NCBI GenBank assembly: GCA_040260805.1
Contig: JBDQPD010000046.1
Location: forward strand, 1-25,438
DNA from: Myxococcota bacterium
Lineage (GTDB): Bacteria; Myxococcota; UBA4151
Direction of reading: 5' to 3'
Length of the DNA: 25,438 nucleotides
Part shown: piece after piece, positions 18,931-25,438 of the stretch
Numbering within the stretch: the stretch's first letter is position 1
How the letters are laid out: each line of letters starts with the position of its first letter
Notes under the pieces: model-generated
Seen by the model: the letters and a program-made list of their open reading frames with translations, nothing else
What the model was told of the DNA's origin: nothing
The model's database searches: none
Translations under genes and position numbers: made by a program

Positions 18931-21052
18931 GTTCAAACCAACGAGCGGTCCAGCGTTCGCCAAAGCGCAACATGATCCGGCGGCCGTCGCCCGGCCAAGC
19001 TGCAGTCCAGGTTCCCGGCGACGCCAAGGTCGCAGCCTGAGTCGACTCGCCTTCGACGAGGACCGAGAGTTCGCCCTCGGGTGCCTCAGGGCTGACATGG
19101 ATCTCGAGCTGGTCAGCGGCGCGCTCAAAGCGAATCCAATCGGGTTCTAAGACCAGCTGAGGTCGTACTGAGTTCGAGCAGTCAAAGGCGACGCGGGCGC
19201 CGCTTGGAAAGATCACCGTTCCGGTGGAAAAAGGGCTGAGCAAGAAGGGCGAAGTGCCACTTCGGACTTGCCCTTGGCTGTCCCATAAGCGGGGTCTGGG
19301 GTCATCAGGTAGGACGAGCTGATGACCGCTGCCAAACCCAGGCACATAGCGCGGCATGGGGACCAATGTGCAGCGCTTATTCGGGTTGTCGAGTAAGGGT
19401 ATCTCTCGATGAACCCGGGGCGCACCCTCCATCCCAGCAGTGATGATGTCGATCTGTTGGTCTAGGTCGAGATCGGCTTTGACCGCAGCGCGTGACGCAA
19501 AGGCCCGCTCTTCATGACCGCTATCTTGAGTGGTAAAGGGGTCGATCCCGACATCTGCGCTGTACCAACCAAAGCGTCCCGGCTCTTTTTGCAGCAGCAA
19601 GAGATCCAGGTGCATGGCAAAATCGGCGATGGTGTGTCCAGGAACAGCACCGTTGGCGACGAACAGATCGTCTTGCCCGTCAAAATCAAAGTCGTCGACG
19701 ATCACGCCCCAGCCGTAGACGCCTTCGCCACCGAGATAGCCGATGGCGGCATTCGCTCGACTCGTGACGTCACGAAAGCCCGAGTCGGTCCCACGTAAGA
19801 GGCGGTTGTCCGCAATATCGGTGACGTAGAGATGATGAGCTGGGTGATCGCCGACGCGCAGGACCCCAGAGCCCATATAGGCGCCTTTGGCGCGGTCACC
19901 CGATGCAAAGCGTTGCACCGTAAATCGACAGTCTTCGTCCGGAGGACAGGCGAAATAGACCCCTCCAGGATCTGGGTTTTCCATCACCAGGTGCACCAAG
20001 ATGTCTTCGTTGACGATGAGATCGCCGAGGCCGTCATCGTTGAGGTCGGCTGCTCCGATCGCCAGCGTCGAACTTTCGAGCTCGTGGATCACGGCATCGC
20101 CGGTCACCCACTGGTCACGATCGACAAAGCGCAGCTGCGTCTGCTCGTCTTGAAGAAAGAGCAGATTCTTGAACGTCTCTTGGGTGCCGCTCACCATATC
20201 GAGGTGACAGCCGACCAAGAGATCGACGCGACCATCATAGTTAAAGTCCTGGGCGATAGCAGAGCCGGCGTTGCATTGGCGACGAAGGTCGTCTGCAGGG
20301 AGCTCGGCGATGAGATCCTGGGTCGCAGCGACCGGGGCAAAGCGCTCCACCTCGATGCGCGCTGGTCCGAGCTTGATCAGCTCATGAAGGCCATCGCCTT
20401 CGAGGTCCATAGCCGCTGCGCCCTGCCAGTGACCTGGCACCCCATTGCACGACGCTTCGATGGCTTCGAATCGAGGTTGGGTAGGTCGAGATTCGTTACG
20501 GTATAAGCACGCGGGAGTGCCGCCTTCGCTGCCGATGAACAGGTCGAGGTCCAAGTCGCCATCGATGTCGAGCAAGGCTAAGCCAAAGCCGGTACCCCCC
20601 GCAAAGAGGCGAGCGTCGGCTTCAAAATCTGGGATCGGTGGCACCGAGCGGTGCGCTTGAATCGAAGGCATGTAGAGGCGCTCAAACTGAACCCCGGCAG
20701 CGCTTTCGATACGCGCCAGGCAGCGGCCGGTATGACAGCGCTCGGTCGCATCACAGTCCCCGTGGGTTTGACAGGCGCCCTCAAAACACAAGCCGGCAAC
20801 CGAACAGCGCTGCCCGTCTGAGCACTGAGCATCGTCCGTGCACTCGGGGCTTGGGTTGACCACACAGCGCCGACCGAAACATTGGTCTGGCGGACAATCA
20901 GCGGGACATTCGCGACCCGTATCGCCCTCGCTCGGTCCAGCGTCGGTGACCGGGGCAGGTCCACCTAATCCGGCGTCAAGGGGATCCGAAGGGTCTGAGT
21001 TCCCGCCGCAACCCATCGAGCCTGCGATCCATAGGATAACGAAAAGTCTCAT
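18923..21052 (-). CDS. Paralog E (709 aa): Cys-stalk FG-GAP-type lipoprotein
   Basis: Start MRLFVILWIAGSMG-C at 21052 (ATGA overlap). 3 four-Cys modules; DIDGDLDLD, DFNYDGRVD, DLNDDGLGD, DFDFDGQDD, DLDLDQQID. Confidence 0.85.
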   Translation of the reverse strand: MRLFVILWIAGSMGCGGNSDPSDPLDAGLGGPAPVTDAGPSEGDTGRECPADCPPDQCFGRRCVVNPSPECTDDAQCSDGQRCSVAGLCFEGACQTHGDCDATERCHTGRCLARIESAAGVQFERLYMPSIQAHRSVPPIPDFEADARLFAGGTGFGLALLDIDGDLDLDLFIGSEGGTPACLYRNESRPTQPRFEAIEASCNGVPGHWQGAAAMDLEGDGLHELIKLGPARIEVERFAPVAATQDLIAELPADDLRRQCNAGSAIAQDFNYDGRVDLLVGCHLDMVSGTQETFKNLLFLQDEQTQLRFVDRDQWVTGDAVIHELESSTLAIGAADLNDDGLGDLIVNEDILVHLVMENPDPGGVYFACPPDEDCRFTVQRFASGDRAKGAYMGSGVLRVGDHPAHHLYVTDIADNRLLRGTDSGFRDVTSRANAAIGYLGGEGVYGWGVIVDDFDFDGQDDLFVANGAVPGHTIADFAMHLDLLLLQKEPGRFGWYSADVGIDPFTTQDSGHEERAFASRAAVKADLDLDQQIDIITAGMEGAPRVHREIPLLDNPNKRCTLVPMPRYVPGFGSGHQLVLPDDPRPRLWDSQGQVRSGTSPFLLSPFSTGTVIFPSGARVAFDCSNSVRPQLVLEPDWIRFERAADQLEIHVSPEAPEGELSVLVEGESTQAATLASPGTWTAAWPGDGRRIMLRFGERWTARWFELD

Positions 21053-23211
21053 GGCGACACCTCTGCTCTCAAAAACCGGCGCGCAAGCCAATGCGCTCCG
21101 AATCGGATCATCCATCGATCGCTGCCGTCCGGTAGGGTGATGGTGACGAGGTCACCGTCTCCGCCTTGGACCCACTGACCGCTCGGTTCAGCGTAGACGG
21201 ACACAGGGCCGCCGGGGGCGTCTTCCGAGCGTTGAATTTGAAGTTGGTCCCCGCTGAGCGAAAGGCTCAGCCATTCGGGTTCTTTGACCACCCAAGGTCC
21301 CGGACTGTTTTGGCAATCAAAGGGGACCTTAGCGCCGCTTGGGAAGCGCAGATGACCTTGAGTCCAAGGGCTCAAAACGAAGGGTGAGGTCCCCGAACGA
21401 TTTTGACCTTGGCTGTCCCAGCGCCGCTCAGGCCCATCGTGCGGCACTAAGCTGTGTCCGATGCCGAACCCTGGAACATAGCGATCGATGGGCACCAAGG
21501 TGCAGCGTGGCGAGTCGGGGCGTTGATTTGGCACCTCTCGATGCAGCCTCGGTCGGCCTTCAAGACCCATACCGATGAGCTCCAAAAATCCGTCGTTATC
21601 GAGATCCGCCTTGAACGCTGCTCGACTTGAGTAGGGGCGGGTCTCATTGCGGCTGTCATCATGCGTAAAGGGAGCGATCCCCAGATCCCCGCTGTGCAGC
21701 ACAAACCCACCATCACGTTGCATGAAGACGGCGTCAAAATGCGCGCCAAAGGCGTCGATGTCTGGATCCATGACGGTGCCGTTGCTAATGAACAGGTCAT
21801 CAAATCCATCGCGATCAAAGTCATCGACGACGACACCCCAGCTGAAAAATCGATGCCCCCCCATAAAGGCTAAATCGACACGCAGCGATTCAGCCAGGTC
21901 AATGGGTGCCCCATCGGGGTAGTGAACCAAGCGATTGTAGGTCTCGTCGGTGACGTAGATGAACTCTCCTTGGTCCCCAAGGTGAACCAAGCCGGACCCC
22001 ATGTAAGCACCAAACTCTTGCTCTGAATTGCCATAGCGGAGCGCTTGGTATTGGCAGGATTGATCAGCGCCACAGCGGAGATAGATCCCGCCTGGGTCTA
22101 AATAGTCAGCGCCGGGACCCATGATCCGCCGGTCTTCGTTGACCAAGAGATCAAGGAGCCCATCATCATTGAGATCGGCTGCGCCAAGCCCAAGGGTCAC
22201 GCCTTGCGCTTCGAGCAACAAGGGCTGCTCTTTGTTCCAATCGGAACGCTCCAGCAGCTGCGGCATCCCTTCGCTGTCGATCAAGAAAGCCAAATTGCGG
22301 TAGCTGACCTCATCGATCCCGATGTTCTCGTCCATCGGCCCGACTGCGCAGCCTAAAATTAGGTCGAGACGACCATCATAGTTCAAATCTACGCTAAGCG
22401 CTGACGAGGCAAAGCAGCGGCGCCTCACATCGTCCTCGGGCAAAAGCGCAAGCAGATCGACGACTCGACGCTCTGGGTGGAAGAAATGCAACTCTGCCTG
22501 AAACAAGCCGGTGATCACGAGCTCATGAAAGCCATCGGCGTTCACGTCGGTGCCAAAGCCTGCAGCCATACTGTTCGTTCGAGCTTGGCAGAACTCTGTA
22601 TCGGGTCTGAAGCGCAGCTGAGCGGGGGTCGATTCGTTGATGTAGATGCAAGAGGGCGATCCACCGATGGTCTCGCCTTGAGAGCCCAGAAATAGGTCGA
22701 GGTCTAAGTCGCCGTCGATATCGAACAGGGCTCCACCAAAGCCCATATCAGCCGATGCACCTGCTGACGGCCAGTTGGTCTGAGGGTCGAGGAGGGTGCT
22801 GTTGTGATCATGGACGTGAGGGATCTCGACGCGCTCGAACATGACGCCGGTCTCAGAGCTCACCCGGGCGATGCAGCGGTCGCCTGCGCAGCGTTGGTCG
22901 GCGCCACAATCTGCATGGCTTGAACAGTCGCCAGCAAAGCAGGCGCCACTTGCCGAGCATCGTTCACCGGGGGGGCACTGCTCGTCAGTGCTACAGGCTC
23001 GCTCAGGCTGTATGCAGCGTTCATAAGCGCATTGACCGGGACAGGCATCGGGGCAGGTTCCCAACTCTGCGTCTGGGGTTCCTGTATCAGGAGCCGCCAC
23101 GGTCGGACCGGTATCGGCGACCATCGAACCCGCATCAGGTGCTGACGCGTCGTCGGTGCAGCCTCCGATCCAGAGGGCGCCGAAACACAGTGCTCGCAAG
23201 CTCAGCCGCAA
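21049..23211 (-). CDS. Paralog F (720 aa), first gene of the operon: Cys-stalk FG-GAP-type lipoprotein
   Basis: TTG start preceded by AAGGAG on the minus strand. MRLSLRALCFGALWIGG-C; 3 four-Cys modules; DIDGDLDLD, DLNYDGRLD, DLNDDGLLD, DFDRDGFDD, DLDNDGFLE. Confidence 0.85.
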   Translation of the reverse strand: MRLSLRALCFGALWIGGCTDDASAPDAGSMVADTGPTVAAPDTGTPDAELGTCPDACPGQCAYERCIQPERACSTDEQCPPGERCSASGACFAGDCSSHADCGADQRCAGDRCIARVSSETGVMFERVEIPHVHDHNSTLLDPQTNWPSAGASADMGFGGALFDIDGDLDLDLFLGSQGETIGGSPSCIYINESTPAQLRFRPDTEFCQARTNSMAAGFGTDVNADGFHELVITGLFQAELHFFHPERRVVDLLALLPEDDVRRRCFASSALSVDLNYDGRLDLILGCAVGPMDENIGIDEVSYRNLAFLIDSEGMPQLLERSDWNKEQPLLLEAQGVTLGLGAADLNDDGLLDLLVNEDRRIMGPGADYLDPGGIYLRCGADQSCQYQALRYGNSEQEFGAYMGSGLVHLGDQGEFIYVTDETYNRLVHYPDGAPIDLAESLRVDLAFMGGHRFFSWGVVVDDFDRDGFDDLFISNGTVMDPDIDAFGAHFDAVFMQRDGGFVLHSGDLGIAPFTHDDSRNETRPYSSRAAFKADLDNDGFLELIGMGLEGRPRLHREVPNQRPDSPRCTLVPIDRYVPGFGIGHSLVPHDGPERRWDSQGQNRSGTSPFVLSPWTQGHLRFPSGAKVPFDCQNSPGPWVVKEPEWLSLSLSGDQLQIQRSEDAPGGPVSVYAEPSGQWVQGGDGDLVTITLPDGSDRWMIRFGAHWLARRFLRAEVSP

Positions 23212-23337
23212 AGCGATTCTCCTTCGCTTGTTGAGGCTAGCCCAATTGGAGACGGGTTTCTAGAAACACGCGGTCGCTCGCGAGCGCGTTTGCGCGTTCG
23301 GCCGGGCGCGTGCAGGCTAGAAGCGGAGAGTTCCTCT
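23212..23337. promoter_or_regulatory. Divergent intergenic region, probably carrying both promoters, with two perfect 12-bp palindromes
   Basis: 126 bp between head-to-head starts; GTTTCTAGAAAC (23256-23267) and CGCTCGCGAGCG (23275-23286); an RBS-like sequence on each strand. No promoter consensus was identified. Confidence 0.4.
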
Positions 23338-25438
23338 GTGTTTCGCTTGCATCTCACCTTGGGTTTGGCCTGTGGCTTTGGCTGCTCTGCGCCCTTGCCG
23401 AATCTCGATGCGGGTCCGGTCATTCAACCGGCAGATGCTGGCTCTTATGTGGCGCCCGACGGTGGTCGCCCGCTGAGTTGGGACGGGGGCTCCATTGATT
23501 GCATCGAGGCGACCGGCGCTTGCTCGGGAACGGACTGCCTGCGGATCAATGAATCCGTCTCCAACAATGAAGGCGTCTGGCTTGATCAAGCGCTCGAGAC
23601 CGAGGACTATGTTGAGTTGGTCAATATAGGCTCAGAACCTATTGATCTGACGGAGTATTACTTAGGGGATAAGCCCGCCAAACCGGTCCGGCTTTCTGGG
23701 GTGATCGCGGCGGGGCAGCGCCATTTAATTTGGCTTGATGATGAGCGCGAACAAGGCCCCGACCACCTGCCGTTTAAGCTCAGCTCTCGAGGTGAGGAGC
23801 TCATCCTTTGGCACCACACGGATGGGGTCCAGGACTGCTCGAGCGTTCCCGGCCTCGCTGCCAACGAGGCCTTCACAAGAATTCCGGACGGTGTGGGTGT
23901 CGCCCAGCGATGTGCTTTTGCCAGCCCAGAGCAGCCGAACGCCGACCCCTGTCAGCCACCACCTGCTAGGCCGGTGGAGCCTGGCTTTGAGTACACGCCC
24001 TACACGTGGCCTGAGTCCTGGCCTGCGCAGCCGCAATCGGTCGCCCTTAGCGAGCTGGTCTTGCGTCAAGACGATGCGTTTATTGAGCTCCGCTTAAACG
24101 AGCCGGCTAGTCTAGCGGGCTATCAGTTGATGATCGCGCCGCATCAGCCTGGTGAGCCCTTGCCGAGCCACGACACAGGCGTCGGCGTGCCCTTGCCTCT
24201 AGGCGAGCAGCGCGCACCCTGGCTCGTGCTTCCGGTGTCGGAGGCGGCGCGCGCTGCGCTTGAGACTGATCCCGAGTACGAGGGAGTGGTCACCCTTTTT
24301 AACGCGCAAGGCGCAGCGGTCGATCGGGTCGACTTTATGCGCTTGCCTCAAGGCGCTTCGCTGGCGCGACGCGTCGACGGACCTTGGCAGCTGTGCCAAG
24401 CGGCGAGCCCCGGTCGCTCCAACGCCGATTGTCAGGTTTTAGCGGAGCGTGCGGTCGGTGATCGGCTGCGGCGCTTGCTGACGCCGGGTGATTTTGGGCG
24501 GCTGGCGCAAGGCGGTCGGGCGCTCGGCATGAGCGCGGTTAAAGTGATCGTCGATCGAGAGGCTGGTCAGGTGGTGCACTTCGCCTCAAGTCAGCGTTTT
24601 GATCTGCACTACACCTTCGTCCGAGAGGTGATCGAAGGCCAGCCGCATTTGGATCGGTGTGATGCCGACGAGCGCCGAGTTTTCCGAGCCGGCTGGACCG
24701 AGTTTTCAGCGGCGAATTATCAAGAGGTTGAAAGCCGAAGATACTACTCGGCGACGCTCGTTAACTATTCGAGTAACGGGTTAAAAACCTTAGAGTTTGT
24801 CACCGGAGACCGCATCTCTAGCGCTCAGATTGTTGAGGCTTTTCAAGCGGTATCACCCTCTTTGTTTGACCAGCGCTCGTGGTCGGTTCGGCCGCAGAGC
24901 CCGGACCAACATGAGAAGGTGCTCCCGGTCCAAAGCCAAGTGCCGCTGGTCGCTCAAAACGCGCCCTTTGTCGGCTTAGTGCAGCAGCCGCTCAACGCCG
25001 CCATCGGCTATGGAACCATGCGTTATATTGCCTACCAAGACCTCCCCAGCGCCAGCCTTGGACATCAGGTGATCGTGGTCACCGATCAGGTCCCCAATGA
25101 GCTGGCTTTAGTCGCCGGTTTGATCACCGAGAGCTTCCAGACGCCGCTCGCTCACGTTAACCTTTTGGCGCGTAACCGCGGCACCCCAAATTTGGCGCTT
25201 CACGAGGCGAGACTCGACCCACGGATCGCTCCGTTGCTTGGTGAGTTGGTTCGCTTTGAGGTGCGCAGTGATGGGTTTAGTGTGCGCCCCGCAAGCGCCG
25301 AAGAAGCCGAAGCGTTCTGGCAGGCGCAGCGGGCTGAAGAGGGGGGATTGATCCCTCGACTCGACGAGACCCTGCGCGGCGTCCAGCCGCTTGGGCGATT
25401 TGGCATCGAGTCGCTGCCGGCTCTGGGCGCTAAAGCGG
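23338..25438 (+). CDS. Predicted lipoprotein with lamin-tail domains, PEP-utilising-type phosphohistidine domain and start of a PPDK/PEP-synthase-type nucleotide-binding domain; 3'-truncated and absent from the ORF track
   Basis: Manual frame-1 translation shows no stop for 700 codons from the GTG at 23338 (RBS GGAGAG). N-terminus MFRLHLTLGLACGFG-C. LTD motifs LRINE..DYVELVNIG..IDL..HLPFKLSSRGEEL..RIPDG..SPEQPN, and a second degenerate LTD ending SPGRSN. Then VAGLITESFQTPLAHVNLLARNRGTPN; the window ends at LGAKA. Confidence 0.88.
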   Translation, partial: MFRLHLTLGLACGFGCSAPLPNLDAGPVIQPADAGSYVAPDGGRPLSWDGGSIDCIEATGACSGTDCLRINESVSNNEGVWLDQALETEDYVELVNIGSEPIDLTEYYLGDKPAKPVRLSGVIAAGQRHLIWLDDEREQGPDHLPFKLSSRGEELILWHHTDGVQDCSSVPGLAANEAFTRIPDGVGVAQRCAFASPEQPNADPCQPPPARPVEPGFEYTPYTWPESWPAQPQSVALSELVLRQDDAFIELRLNEPASLAGYQLMIAPHQPGEPLPSHDTGVGVPLPLGEQRAPWLVLPVSEAARAALETDPEYEGVVTLFNAQGAAVDRVDFMRLPQGASLARRVDGPWQLCQAASPGRSNADCQVLAERAVGDRLRRLLTPGDFGRLAQGGRALGMSAVKVIVDREAGQVVHFASSQRFDLHYTFVREVIEGQPHLDRCDADERRVFRAGWTEFSAANYQEVESRRYYSATLVNYSSNGLKTLEFVTGDRISSAQIVEAFQAVSPSLFDQRSWSVRPQSPDQHEKVLPVQSQVPLVAQNAPFVGLVQQPLNAAIGYGTMRYIAYQDLPSASLGHQVIVVTDQVPNELALVAGLITESFQTPLAHVNLLARNRGTPNLALHEARLDPRIAPLLGELVRFEVRSDGFSVRPASAEEAEAFWQAQRAEEGGLIPRLDETLRGVQPLGRFGIESLPALGAKA

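Noticed and set aside
18931..19128. Long N-terminal overlaps in the ORF track for array genes (also 12316-12399, 21053-21115)
   Set aside because: These lie inside the preceding paralog's conserved C-terminal coding region; coupled starts directly before lipoprotein signal peptides explain the genes better.
19832..20506. 224-aa plus-strand ORF and similar ORFs (13944-14450, 16184-16684) antisense to the array
   Set aside because: They are fully nested opposite well-supported genes, have no recognisable motifs, and are typical stop-poor antisense frames in GC-rich DNA.
10198..23211. Diversity-generating retroelement or invertase shuffling as the source of paralog variation
   Set aside because: No reverse transcriptase or recombinase is in the window, and I saw no near-identical template/variable repeat pair or inverted recombination sites. 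Divergence is spread over whole genes, consistent with old duplication.
23202..25406. Short track ORFs suggesting a non-coding or fragmented right end
   Set aside because: All are explained as shadows or alternate frames of the single long frame-1 ORF starting at 23338.

Overview
GC-rich bacterial DNA, most likely from a myxobacterium or related Myxococcota/delta-type organism. This is inferred from the myxobacterial Cys-rich CGNG/CDDGN repeats and the DAG-linker lipoproteins. Left end: a 5'-truncated Tad/CpaF pilus ATPase followed by an FHA-FHA-TM-TPR-like protein, resembling a Kil-type Tad locus. Next is a thiamine region with a divergent ThiE/TenI-like gene, an unknown membrane protein, a TPP riboswitch and thiC, followed by a Cys-repeat/PPC lipoprotein. 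About 15 kb of the minus strand is one tightly coupled operon: six tandem paralogous lipoproteins (Cys-rich stalk, FG-GAP-type propeller, conserved C-terminal domain) ending in pbpC, with no alpha-2-macroglobulin gene in its usual upstream position. Divergent from this operon is a 700-codon, 3'-truncated ORF that the ORF track missed. It encodes a predicted lipoprotein with lamin-tail domains, a phosphohistidine swivel-like motif and the start of a PPDK-type ATP-grasp domain, so it is a candidate exported dikinase. No rRNA, tRNA, CRISPR array or mobile element was recognised.
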